DNA of 60,876 bases from Emiliania huxleyi CCMP1516 (Eukaryota): positions 369,953-430,828 of the forward strand of contig NW_005201381.1 in assembly GCF_000372725.1 (NCBI RefSeq), in the 5' to 3' direction. A program made the translations under genes and the position numbers. Shown here in pieces: positions 12,623-24,813 of the stretch. The stretch's first letter is position 1, and every line of letters starts with the position of its first letter. Below the pieces are notes generated by a model. It searched no databases. It was not told where the DNA came from and saw only the letters and a list, made by a program, of their open reading frames with translations.

Positions 12623-13015
12623 CTATGCCATATGTTTGCCATGCCATCTCTGTGCTATAGTGATTCGGGCAGCGGTCGCCTGGTCGGGGTTGGCGGCAAA
12701 GAGGATTGGCAGCAGCGGCACGAGCAGGACGATGAGGCCGGCGACGCCGATGACGGGCGCGTACGCGATCAGCCCCTTGTCCTTGTTCTGCGAGTCCACC
12801 TTCATCGCCGGCTCCACAGCCCACACATTGGACTTTCCATCCTGGTCGACGGTCGCGCCGAGGCGGCCGGACGGCGGCGGCGGGGGAGCGTCCTCCATGC
12901 GGACAAAGCGGAGCGAGCGGCCGCCCGGCCGCACCGCGCTCGCGCTGCCACTGATCGTGAGCGACGCCGCCGGCGCGACGCAGAGAGCCAACAAGAGCGC
13001 GAGCAGCCGCGACAT
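12623..13015 (-). CDS. Small plastid-targeted single-pass membrane protein, Psb34/Ssl1498-like
   Basis: Signal peptide MSRLLALLLALCVAPAAS, then a transit-like Ser/Arg segment, motif TVDQDGKSNVWAVEPAMKV (resembling the GxxNxxAxEPxM motif I recall for Ssl1498/Psb34), then a C-terminal TM helix. The 3' end may be altered by a GC-donor intron after NPDQ. Confidence 0.6.
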   Translation of the reverse strand: MSRLLALLLALCVAPAASLTISGSASAVRPGGRSLRFVRMEDAPPPPPSGRLGATVDQDGKSNVWAVEPAMKVDSQNKDKGLIAYAPVIGVAGLIVLLVPLLPILFAANPDQATAARITIAQRWHGKHMA

Positions 13016-13238
13016 GAGATGCGAAGCAATGCGAAGCCAGAATTTCTTTTTATGTTGGCTTTTTTCTTCCCATCCGCGGGTCGCGTCGCGTCCCATGGCC
13101 GCGCTGCCAGAGGAGCTCCTTGAGCACTTTGCCGTCGTCCTGCTCGGCGCGGTAGGTAGGCCGCGCGGGCGATCTCCTGCAGGAAGAGGGCGGCGTCGTA
13201 CTTGTACGGAGTACGCGTCGACTGGCACGCTCTTGCGC

Positions 13239-13289
13239 AAGAATCACTGTGAGAGTCGTGATTTCTTGTTGGTTAATAAAAATCTCTCT
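13239..13289 (+). mobile_element. 51-bp insertion with a TAAAAATC(TC)n tail and a 9-bp TSD
   Basis: CTCTTGCGC at 13230-13238 and 13290-13298. The same tail appears reverse-complemented at 25532 and 28393. Confidence 0.6.
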
Positions 13290-13493
13290 CTCTTGCGCCG
13301 GGCCACGTTGAACACCTGCGCCACGCTGGGCAACTGCTCAACGCGCGGGTCGCCCGGCGGCCACCCAAACCCACGGCGGCCACCCAAAGACACACTCACT
13401 CACCGCACCGCGCGCCGCGCGCACGCCCACCCACCTCCCCGCCGGGTTAGACGTAAATTTTCCGTGTCTTTTTCGCCACGATTTTTGTTACGT

Positions 13494-13730
<237 letters not shown>

Positions 13731-13862
13731 CACGTACGGCTAGCCCTTGGCCTGTACCTACTTTTCCGGCAAAGAAAAAGGAAAACAAAGGGGTGCGCTT
13801 CTCAGCTCCCTGGCCCTGGATGTGCGGTTGATGACTGCACTCCAAGTGCTCCAAGGTCCCCA

Positions 13863-14239
13863 GCACTTTGCGTTTCCGGAAATTTCCAGGGAAAACAGAG
13901 GGTGTTTGGTGCTCCATTCTGTTTGTGTTTCTCGAGTTTCCCTGAGTCTGAGTACTGAGAGAGCTGGTCTGGGGCAAAATCTGAGGCAACGTTGAGGATG
14001 AATCGGCAAACTACCCGGGTATTTTCCAGGTATTCCCGAAAACAAGTAGAAGAGAGAGAGATAAAAACAAGTATGCCCGCAAAATACCGTATGATGCCGA
14101 TTTTGCTGATTTTGGCCCCAAAACAGCCTCAGACTCGGCTCAGAGGGACTGTCAGAGCCCCCAAAATGACGATTTCCACGGAGTTTTCCCGGGAAAATAG
14201 AGAGGAAAGAGAGGGTGCTGTAAAAGGAAAGGAAAAGAG
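13863..14239 (-). repeat. Dispersed ~380-bp non-coding repeat, copy 2
   Basis: Reverse complement of 4639-5014 with indels. Confidence 0.85.
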
Positions 14240-15200
14240 GTAGTCCCGGGGGAGGGACGCGGGCCCGGCCCACGTGAAGAGACGGGACCTAATCCCCACG
14301 ACGTGGGGAGGAAGGGGACCGCATGCCAGGGCGAAAGCCAGAGGCTAGAGGTGCGTAACGGGACCGCCAGACTAGCCGCCGCTGCGGGGAGGCAGGCGGA
14401 AGGGCGTGGCGACGAGATGACGCCAAAGAGGCAGCGGTCGCTGACAGCTGACGAGCAAGGGACGACACCGGCATACCCGTGCGCGCGGGCCAACTCTGCC
14501 TCGGAGGCGTACTGCCAGTCGTGTGAGATGACGGCCGGGACGATCGCCTTTGGACACGCGGCGGGATGGGCCAACGCCACGGAGTCGGTTTACGCGAACA
14601 CCCACGCCTGGGCAGGGGGTGGAGAGGACCCCCTCCGCCCGCCGAGATGCCGTCAACCGGGAGTGCTCCGCCGTCACAGCCGGCGATGAACCCTCGTGAT
14701 GTCAGAGTACTCCTCTTCGCGCCGAGGAGGGACGACGTGGTCGGGACGGTGGGCACCGAGGCGCTACGGCGGCTGGCATTCGTGGCGGGTGGTACGGGGG
14801 GGCGAGGGTCAGGCGCACCGACCAGGTGGGCCCCTACGTGGTATGGGGGCGGGGTCCGGCGGACGTTGGCGTGGACTGCGCAGACGTGTTGCGGGGCGGT
14901 GGACTTCATGGCACCATGGAGAGTGGTGCGCTGGCAGCCCGACTCTCTGTCATTCCTACCTTTGTCAGACGAGGCCGTGGGGGGCGAGGAAGAGGCGAAA
15001 GATGCGGCAGCAACGCTGCAAGTGCTACACGAGCTTGCGGGAGAGGCCCCGGAGGAGGCCGTCCCCGACGGAGCGGTTCCGGCCGCCCTCCCCCGATTCC
15101 TGCGACTAGTGGGAATGGCGGAGGCGGAGATGGCGGGGGCGCTGCTCGGGATGGAGGGAGGCGCCCTGAGGATGGTGGCTCGGGTGGCCAAGCAGCGAGG

Positions 15201-15688
15201 CCTCGACAGGCCTCGACAGGCCTCGACAGGCCTCGACAGGCCTCGACAGGCCTCGACAGGCCTCGACAGGCCTCGACAGGCCTCGACAGGCCTCGACAGG
15301 CCTCGACAGGCCTCGACAGGCCTCGACAGGCCTCGACAGGCCTCGACAGGCCTCGACAGGCCTCGACAGGCCTCGACAGGCCTCGACAGGCCTCGACAGG
15401 CCTCGACAGGCCTCGACAGGCCTCGACAGGCCTCGACAGGCCTCGACAGGCCTCGACAGGCCTCGACAGGCCTCGACAGGCCTCGACAGGCCTCGACAGG
15501 CCTCGACAGGCCTCGACAGGCCTCGACAGGCCTCGACAGGCCTCGACAGGCCTCGACAGGCCTCGACAGGCCTCGACAGGCCTCGACAGGCCTCGACAGG
15601 CCTCGACAGGCCTCGACAGGCCTCGACAGGCCTCGACAGGCCTCGACAGGCCTCGACAGGCCTCGACAGGCCTCGACAGGCCTCGACA
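15201..15688. repeat. Perfect 10-bp tandem array (CCTCGACAGG) x48 plus a partial unit
   Basis: Directly visible; followed by degenerate CTCGACAC units to ~15750. Confidence 0.97.
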
Positions 15689-17479
15689 CCTCTATCCCTC
15701 GACAGCAGCTCGACACCCTCGACACCGGGCCTCGACACCTCGACACCAGGGCTCAGGATAACCTGGGGGATCCGGAACCACCCCGCCGGAGGCTGGTGTA
15801 CCCGGGAGGAGGAGCTGGGGGAGGGGAGTTGCCGCAATACGATAACGGACCCGCCGGCGAGCCCGAGGGCCGTGGCCGGAGGGCCCCGGGGGGGGCTTGG
15901 GGTCAGCTGTCGGAGGAGGCGAGAGGCGAGCTGACGCGGCCTATGCGAGTAGAGTCGGGACGTACGGACGAGCCGAGGACGATAGAGAGACCGCGGGGGC
16001 GGGCGCGAGTCCTCGACCGGAGTGAGCTGGCCCCGCTTCCCGGGGAGGAATGGCGTGGCGATCCAGTGCCGCCGCCCTCGCCCGAGGAGTCGGGCATGGG
16101 ATCACCGTCGATGATGGCGACAGAATCGGACAGAGGAGACGAGACGGGGGCGGAGCCGCGGCTGAAAAAGGCTAGGAGGGGAGGTCGGGCCCCGCGCCCG
16201 TCACACAATTATCGGGATGCGACCAGAAGGAAGGACCGAGAGGTGGGGGAAGACGTCCTGAGGTGAAAGTTGGGAGACCACGAAGAGGGGTCCGGAGTGG
16301 TGAGGCGCCGGGTGTGGGCGGGCGTCGAGTCCGTGTCGAGTGTTTACTAGCTCCGAGTAGAGGGGGCGTTCTGCTGCTAGGGGATAGAGCTGTTTAACAT
16401 TAACTTTGGGCCTAACAGTTGCGCTATTGTTGGCTGAAATCCTTAACGTTGTTCAAGTGTTCACCCCAGCCCATGCTGTTACTGTTTGTTACTGTTGTTA
16501 CTGTTGTTCAGCGGCCAGCAAGCAGAACGGCAAAAAACCCGGGTAAAACCCGAAAATACCTGGGATTTCCCGGGTATTTTCGGGTATTACCCGCACTGGA
16601 CGCTGGAGATCGTCGTGGGTCACTGCCAGGCCTTCCTTATTGTTGTTCAGCCGGCCTAACGTTAGCTACTGTTGTTGGGGAGCCCCACTGTTGTTCTGTT
16701 GTTACTGTCAACACTAGCAACACTGTTCCACCACACAGGGATTTTAAGGAGAGGGGTGTGGTGCGCTAGCCGTCGCCCACCCTTGGCGCTTGGGCGTCCG
16801 CCTCTTCCTATCTCTCTTCGCAGTCTCTCGCCGATTCTCGCTGCAACCTTCATGCCACCTCGCGGTCGTCCCACTCTCGTCGTTCTTTCCCTTGTCGCTT
16901 CTTCTTCTGTCGCGTCGCTCTCCTCTGCCTCGTTCTGCCGTTGGGAGAGCGCTAAAATAGTTAGAGGCTGCGCAGGCCGTCCCGTTTGCTGTTTGAAACG
17001 CCTGTTGCGCTGGCCGCTGCGCGCGCGCGCGCTGGCCGCTGCCGGGGCTCTGTCTCACTCTCACGTGCCGCAATATGTGTCACACACGGCGGCTTCTGCC
17101 ACCTCTCGATTGGTTCTACTTTCTACGCACACCTACCGGGGAAGGGGCGCTTGGGAGCCGGGGCGGGGGCGGGGGCGGGGGCGGGGGCGCGCAGCGCGGC
17201 GGCGCGCGCGCGGCGCGCGCAACAGAGGGTAGGGTGGGGAAGACGGCGAGGAGGGGGCGGCGGCGGCGGCGGCGGCGGCAGCGCGCGCGCGGCGCGCGCG
17301 ACGGGGGGGCGGAGCAGCGACCGCTGGCGCGGCCGCTGCTCCGTCTGTGCCAGGGACGCGCGCTCTGCGCCGCTGCAGAGCGCGCGCGTCAGGGCAAGGG
17401 GCATGCGTGGCGGCGCGGGACGCGCGGCGGCGGCGGCGAGCAGCCTCCGTGGGCGGTGAGGCGGCCGGGCGAGGGCGAG

Positions 17480-17825
17480 GCGGGTGACGGGTCAAGGGAG
17501 CAGCCCACACCCGGCGTCGCTTTTTGAGCGACGCTGTGGTACGCTGCGCAGGGGCCGCAGGGCGGTCAGTTGTGGGGCGAGGCGGTGCCGGCCGCGGGCC
17601 GGGTGCAAGGCGCCGGCCTCGGCGCCGCCTCGGCGCGCCGCACGGGCCGCGGCGGGTGACGGGTCAAGGGAGCAGCCCACACCCGGCGTCGCTTTTTGAG
17701 CGACGCTGTGGTACGCCTGCGCAGGGGCCGCAGGGCGGTCAGTTGTGGGGCGAGGCGGTGCCGGCCGCGGGCCGGGTGCAAGGCGCCGGCCTCGGCGCCG
17801 CCTCGGCGCGCCGCACGGGCGCGGC
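17480..17825. repeat. 172-bp tandem duplication (2 copies) just upstream of the ankyrin gene
   Basis: GCGGGTGACGGGTCAAGGGAGCAGCCCACACC starts at both 17480 and 17652. Each unit contains the hairpin GCGTCGC-TTTTTGA-GCGACGC. Confidence 0.9.
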
Positions 17826-17988
17826 GAGCCTCTGAGCGGGAGCCGAAGGTTTGCCTGTGGGAGGTGGGAGGTGGTGGGGGTGATTTGACTTTGCCTGCAG
17901 AGGCCGTCCCTAGCTGTGAACAGCAAAACGGGACAGTATTCTTTTTGACCCCTTTCCTCTCCTTGGTTTTGCCTCTCGATTCAGATCC

Positions 17989-19793
17989 ATGGCGCCTGAA
18001 CGCGTGGCTAATGCGGCCTCCAGCTTTACCCTCCTCGCCGCGTCAGCCCGCGGCGAGCTCAGCGTGGTCGAGCAGCTCCTCGCCTCGGGGGCGCACGCCG
18101 ACGCGGCCGACGCGGATGGCGACACCGCTCTCATGTTCGCCGGCGGCGGAGGCCACGCTCAGATCGTGTCGGCGCTGTGCCGGGCGGGCGCGAGGGTGGA
18201 CGCGGTCGACGCGCACGGCTTCACGGCGCTGATGTGGGCCGCGCAGGCGGGCAGTCTCGCCGCGGTGAGCGCGTTACTGTCCGCCGGAGCCGACGCGAGC
18301 GTCTCGCGGCCAAAGGATGGGTACTGCGCGCTGTCTGCCGCGGCGCGGCGTGGTCACCTGCACGTCGTGGCGCGGCTGCTGGCTGGCAAGGCGGACCCGA
18401 ACGCGGCCGACGCGCACGGCGTGACCGTGCTGCAGTGGGCGGCGCGCCGCGGCGCCGCACCGCTCGTGCATCGCGCACTCGACTGCGGAGGGGCGGTGGA
18501 CGCGGCGGACGGGGAGGGCGTGACGGCTCTGTCCGCAGCGGCGCGCGGCGGGCACGCCAGTGTGGTGGAGGCGCTCCTCGCTCGCCGCGCCGACCCGGGC
18601 TCTGCCGATGCCAGCGGCGCCACACCGCTTTTGTGGGCGTCACGGCGTGGTGGCGGCGCGGTGACGATGCTGCTTGGCGCGGGGGCGTCGGCGACGGTCG
18701 GCTGGCTCGGTCGGCGCGGGCCGGCTCTGCGGGTGATCGGACCCTGCTGACGCGCGTCGATGCGAGTAGGTTGCCGACCGGTGCGGCGTTACGCCGCTGC
18801 TCGCGGCGGCGGAGGGAGGCGGCCGTTGCCCAAAATCACAAACCACAAACCACTCTCCACCACACGCGCGCGCGCACACACGCACTGGGCTTGCACATCG
18901 TAATACCGCGGGGTTCCTGTCTTTCTAGACGTGGGGGCTCGGGGTTCCCTGGCTCTGGCCCCACCCCTCCTGCACGGAGGAAAGGACCGTCATGCCCCCG
19001 CCGCCGCGCGCCTTCCGACTCGGGCTCTGCACGCCTGCAGGCCACTGTGCGGCGGTCAGGGCGTTGCTCGCGGCCAAGGCGACCAGCGTTGGTTGTGTGA
19101 CATCATCTCACATGGCTCTTGCACCAATGGTATGTGTGTGTGTGGTGATGGTGATGAGTATGCTTGCGGCGCAGGCGGGACCCGTCTCGACATGTCCAGG
19201 ACACGTCCATGACATGTCCGAGACATGTCCTGCAGGCGGACCCGTCTCGATCCGACTGCGACGGGCTGACGCCTCGGCTGGCGGCGGCGGCGCGGGGGCA
19301 CGAGGCGGTTGTGGCGGTGCTGCTGGAGGCTGGCGCGTGCGGCGACGCGTCCGACTCGCTCGGGTACACGGCCGCCACTATCCGCGCCCCGTTTGCGGGC
19401 GATGCAAGCCGCGGTGGTGGCGATGCGGGTGGGCTCGGCGGCCTCCTGAGTGGTCGCTCAGCGGGCGGGTGGAGAGGGGACCAGGCGAAGGGCGCGGCGG
19501 CGGGCGCGGCGGTGGGCGCGGCGGCGGGGAGTGAGGCCCCCTTGCGCTTTCCACCGGAGGGGGGTGCGGGCGGCAGTGGCTACAACGCGGAGCCGCCGCG
19601 CGTGAGCATCGGCGCACCGCCTGCCGCCGACTCGAAGCCCTCCGCCGCACGCGCTGCTGGCGGCGGCGGAGGTGTGAACAGTCGAGACGCCGCCGGCCGC
19701 GCCGTCGGCCGCGCGCTGCTCGCTCCTCGCGCGGAGACGGCGCCGACGGCGGCGGAGCTCGACGAGGGTAAGGCGCCGCGCCGTAGAAGCTGA
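17989..19793 (+). CDS. Ankyrin-repeat protein (spliced)
   Basis: Repeated ankyrin consensus (DGDTALMFA..GHAQIVSAL, HGFTALMWAA, GVTALSAAARGGHASVVEALL, GATPLLWA). Exons 17989-18696, 18770-18818, 19041-19078 and 19236 onward. A GT donor at 19768 suggests the gene may continue to ~21618. Confidence 0.85.
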
Positions 19794-20104
19794 ATACGTA
19801 TTAATCATCCCAATTAGCGCCCGAGAGGGCACGTGTTCAGCCGTATTCGGCCGTACTCCGCTGTATTCACTGTATTCTTCTCCGTTGTATTCACGCGGTG
19901 CTCTGAACACACCGCACAATACCGTATTCCCGCCCTGAGGTTGGTGTATTCAGCACGTAGGCGCCGCGCACGCCAGAGCGGTCCCCTCGCTCATCGCTGT
20001 CGGCGCCGCGACGCGGAGCAAGAGAGGAGCGCTGCTGCAGAGAGAGCGTCCCCTCACGCTTGCCTCGCCGTATGGCAGGCGTTGTCCCCGCGGCAAGAGG
20101 AGGC

Positions 20105-21618
20105 GATGCGAGAGGCGGAGGCGGAGGCGGTGGCGCAGAAGGCGGCCATGGACGCACTCAAGGCAGAGGCGGAGGCGAAGGCGAAGTCGTTCGCCGAAGA
20201 CGCGTGGGAGAGGGCGACGGCCCAGCTCGCCGCGACGAGCTGTGGCCAAGGCGATCCTTCAGCACACGTTGCTGTGTGATCAGGCGAGGCGCAACTCGTC
20301 AGGCGCGTGGCAGCGCGCACGCGCGGCGAGCGAAGCGGAGGCGGCGGCGGCAGAGGCGGCGGCGGCGGCAGAGGCGGCGGCGGCGGCAGAGGCCGCCGCC
20401 GCGACGGCGGAGGCGGCGGAGGCGGAGGCGGCGGCGGAGGCGGCGGCGGCGGCGGAGATTGCGGCGGCGACTTCTCCGGCAGAGCTGGAGGGCGGCTCGG
20501 ATGCGGAGGACGATGGGGAGCCGAAGTGGCTGCGCGCAGCGTCTCGCGCCATCCCTCCACAGCAGAGCGGGGCGTCGAAGGGCGGGGTGGGGCACCCCGC
20601 TGTCATCAACGTGCCGCCGGCTGGCCCGCCTCCGCCGCACCTCGGATGTGCGCGGCTTTCACATGCCCCGACGGCGAGCAGGTGCGCGTCGGCAGCAGCT
20701 CTTCGGGCGAGACGGCGCAAGAGCGGGGAGGGGAGCTGTGCTCCTCCCCCTCGTCTCCGTCGACGCCGAAATGGCTCAAGGCGGCGTCGCGCGACGCGTC
20801 GCGCCTCAGCGCGACGAGCCCGGCGAGGACAAAGCCCGTTTTCGACCTCCCCTCGGGGCTGGGTGACGGAGGGGGCGGAGGCGGCGGCGCTGGCAAGGGA
20901 GAGGCTGTGGGCGGCGGCGGCGCCAGAGGCGGGGTTGCCCTTCGCGCCGTTGCGCTGCGAAAGCGCGGCGCGGCGCGGCGCGCGAGCGCCGAAGCTTCCG
21001 CCGCCGCCGCCGCCGCCGCCGCTGTTGCCACACCTCCGCCGCCGCCGCCGCCGCCGCCATTTGCGCCACTGATCGACTTTGACGAGCCAGCTACGCCGCC
21101 GCTGATCGACTTTGGAGACTTCGCGCCTGTGGGCGACTCGCCACTCGGCAGCACCGGGCAGTACGCCGCGACGGTCAGCCCCCCCCCCCCCCCCCCCTCC
21201 CCCCTCCCCTCCACCCCCGAGTTGCCTACTGCTAGAGCCATCCCCCCTCGTTGTCGCACAGGACACATCCACCGACGCGTCCACGCACCCGTCCACGTCG
21301 CCATCGCGGTCGCGGGCCGGTGGCACGGCGCCGGAGGAGCATCCGGAATTTGGAGCCGACTTCGGCGCCGACGCATTTGGCGGCGGCGGCTTCGGCGGCG
21401 GCGACGACGACGCGGACGGCGGCCCGGTCGTGGAGGACTTTTCGGCGGATGGCTTTGGCGGAGCGGGGTTCGGCCTAGGGGAAGGCGAGGACGAGGACGA
21501 GGTTGGGCTCGCAGAACTGCGCGCGAACTTGGCGGAGGTGGAGGATGCGCTATGCCACGAGCCCAACAACGCCGAGTGGATCGCCCTTCGCGACCAACTC
21601 CGCCAGCTCGTCCGATAA
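20105..21618 (+). CDS. Low-complexity Ala/Glu/Pro-rich coding region, possibly 3' exons of the ankyrin gene
   Basis: EAAAAA repeats, a repeated PLIDF motif, and C-terminal helix LAELRANLAEVEDALCHEPNNAEWIALRDQLRQLVR*. Exon boundaries not resolved. Confidence 0.4.
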
Positions 21619-22451
21619 ATCTCTTTCCAGAGGTGGGAGCGTGTTGACTGTTGTGAAACGTATACTAAAACTTTACGGATTTCGCGCACGTGTCCTTGTT
21701 TCATGCCTGCCAAATCCCCGCGATGGTGGCAGGGGTTCTATACGCGACGCAAGTTCTGAGTTCAGGATACACCATACAGGAACGAGGAAAAGGCCCCGTG
21801 ATGCGAGGATGGCCGAGGCCGATGCGGCTATATAGTGTATACACAGAATACTGCCGTACACGCAATACGGCCGGGCGGAGCTCTTGCCTCTCTCTTCCTT
21901 CCACACATGAGTCAGGAGAGGAGCGAGGAGCTGCCAGCGCTGGAGAGACGGCAAGAGATGCGGCGAAACCGAAAGGACTTGCCGGAGCGCGCCGGAGGAG
22001 GCCGTATGACTTTGGACCTTTGCGAGAGGTGGCGAGCGGAGCAAGAGCGGTGTAGGCGCGTCCACGCTGCGCAGCGGCTCTCCCGCCGCGAGCGCGACCA
22101 CAGCCCCGCTCCGCGCTCGCCCTCGCCGCAACCCGCACAGCCGTAGCGCCGCAGCCCCCCCAACTCTCTCGCCGCTCTCCTAGTGTCGGGTAGTGAGGAG
22201 GGGTGAGGGGACGGATTGAAGATCCCTCCACACCAGTTCGTGCAGGGCGGGGACTCATGTCCCTAAATCCCATCTCGTCTCAGAGTTTGACCGTTTATTT
22301 ACATGGCGACGTACAGCGACGACGAGGGGGACGACGAGAGAGACAAGAGCGCCTCGGCGGACGACGAGATGGCATTTATCGACGATGCGTTCTTCGAGCT
22401 TCCCGACGTGGCAACGGAGGAAGAGGCGGAGGGCGGGGGGGGCCAGAGTCA

Positions 22452-22516
22452 CTTGGAGCACTTGGAGTGCAGTCATTAGCCTCACATCCAGGGCCGGGGA
22501 GCTAAGAAGCGCACCC
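22452..22516 (+). repeat. Dispersed short module CTTGGAGCACTTGGAGTGCAGTCAT..CACATCCAGGGCC
   Basis: Also at 13793-13855 (reverse complement), 39443-39465 (partial) and 60277-60320. Confidence 0.75.
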
Positions 22517-23702
22517 AGCGGGCCGCGGATGATCGGGATCGGGCTACGGGCTAGAGAGCCCTGACCCCTAGGGGGGGGTGCGCGTTTGCAGGGAGAGGGC
22601 CGTAAAGTAAACACGGGTCTCCGAGGGTTAGTTCCGTGTACCGGGGTTCCCCTTAACTGCAGAACGCCCCCTCTACTCGGAGCTAACGGACACACAACAC
22701 TGTACTCCACGCACGTACACGGATACCAGTCAGTACAGCCAGCAGAGTCAGGGGGGCGAGAGCGAGGGGAGCCAGAGCAGCCAGGGCAGCCCACGGGCGC
22801 CCAGGAAGAGCCAACGGAACCGAATAGCCGCACGACGCTTCCTGGACCGACTCCGTTTCGAACTCCTACAAGGAGGCGGCGGCGGGGACGGATACAGACA
22901 CCCCGAAGACGACAACGACGGCGACGAAGATAGAGGGAGGAGCGAGGACGAGGAGATGCCCGACCGCACAACAGAGCCAGGACCGAGCGAGCAACCACCC
23001 GAAACGGGCCATCCAAACGAAGGCAGCCAGACAGAGGACGAATTTACAGTGATGGACGTAGACGAGGAACAGCCAGAGCACGAGGCGTCCCAGCCGCCGA
23101 GGAAGCAGGGGCGATTTGAGAATGAACGTAGCGATTCAATGAGTCAGGGAGAGGGGGCGAGCCAAGAGCATCACGAGGGCGAGGAGCAGATGACGAAAGC
23201 GCAGAGAAAGCGGGAGCGCCAGAGCGGAAGGAGGGCCCGCCACGGAAGCCTAGAGATGATAGATTTCAGACGGAGACGCGCTGACCAACCGTACTAAGCC
23301 GACAGAGGAAGGGGGCTCCGAAAGGCCGCGCATCCTCGCATGCCAGGCGAATAGGCAGGTCACAGACCTCCCCCTTCCCGATGAACGTGGTCCATGGTGG
23401 GTGTTCTGTTCATAACGCTATACTTACTTGTACTTGTAACCACGATCGATGCGAGGACGCTCAAGTCCACACCAAACTCGGCCATTCCAACGGCCAGACC
23501 GCTCGCTTAAGGCTGATTGGCTAGACGAGCGGTCTACCTCCAACGGTCTGGATCACGAGGGATGACATCCTGCCTCCCCGCTCCCGCGCACGCCGGTACA
23601 TCTCAGACTCAGTCTCTACACTGCAGGACCAGCGGAGACAACTAAGACGCCCTGGTTTATTGCTGAGCGAGCAGGTACCTCCCCCTTGCTCAACTCATGC
23701 GG

Positions 23703-24073
23703 TTACTTTGAGAACTCAAGCGCGATCACCCCCGCGATGAAGGGGAGCACGAGAATGGAGAGACCGATCCAAACCACTGGAGACTTCAGCTTCTCCTCGT
23801 CCGACATCGCGTCTGCGAGGCGGAACATTGGGCCAGGTGTGAGGGCGCGCGCGCAAAGTGGCCGCGTGCGGTGGCGGTGCGCGCACCCATGTTGGTCTTG
23901 AAGAACTCCTCCGGCTCACTGTCTCTCGAGAGCCCCTTTGGCTTCTCGCCGCCACCGAACTGCGCGTGCACAGCCGGCGAGCGCGAGAGCGTCGCCGGAG
24001 CGAGCGGGCGGACGGCGATCTGCAGCGAGAGCGCATCCTGCGCGAGCAGCAGCAGCAGCAGCGCCCGGAACAT
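23703..24073 (-). CDS. Small plastid-targeted single-pass membrane protein (2 exons)
   Basis: Exon 1 24073-23887, GT-AG intron 23886-23813, exon 2 23812-23703. Translation: MFRALLLLLLAQDALS-LQIAVRP..GLSRDSEPEEFFKTNM|DAMSDEEKLKSPVVWIGLSILVLPFIAGVIALEFSK*. Confidence 0.7.
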
Positions 24074-24654
24074 CCACAGAAGCAGCGAGAGTGACCCTTC
24101 GGGGAAGGCTGCCGTGCTGTGTGCGGAAAAAAAAGTCAAGCAGATGACTTGGCGGCAACTGTGTCCTTAAAATCCCTGTGTGGTGGCGGCGTGCCGTCCT
24201 CCCCATCCCTCCCTTGGGTTGTCTGTTTTCTTTCTTTCTTTTTGCGAGTGTGTGTGTGTGTGTGTGTGTGTGTGGTTTCGTATCAAGAATACTCACAATA
24301 CTCACTCGGCAACTGCGAGACGGCTGACGGCTGTACGGCTGTACGGCTGACGGCTGGCGGCTGGCGGCTGCGCGAACGGCGACGGCTCGGTTCGCGTTCG
24401 CCCCGCGACGGTGCAACTGAGCCTGCCGCGCTCGATCTGGGAGCCACTCGGCGCCAGTTCGAGCGGCGGTCGGCTCGGCCACTGGGGGTGCGACGCATGA
24501 TAGAGCATGCAGCTGGGCGCCGCATCGTGTAACGTGTACTACCGACCCACGCCAAGGCGCGGGGCGGTGGTGCTCGCCGGCGCTCGCGGTGCTTCGGTGC
24601 TCGAGCGCGCTCAACATTGTGGTCGTTCAGGGCGGCTCGCACAGCGCCCGCAGG

Positions 24655-24813
<159 letters not shown>

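Noticed and set aside
14289..16266. Long ORFs with (DRPRQASTGL)n or (VEACRGLSRP)n
   Set aside because: By-products of a stop-free 10-bp satellite; no recognisable domain in the flanks.
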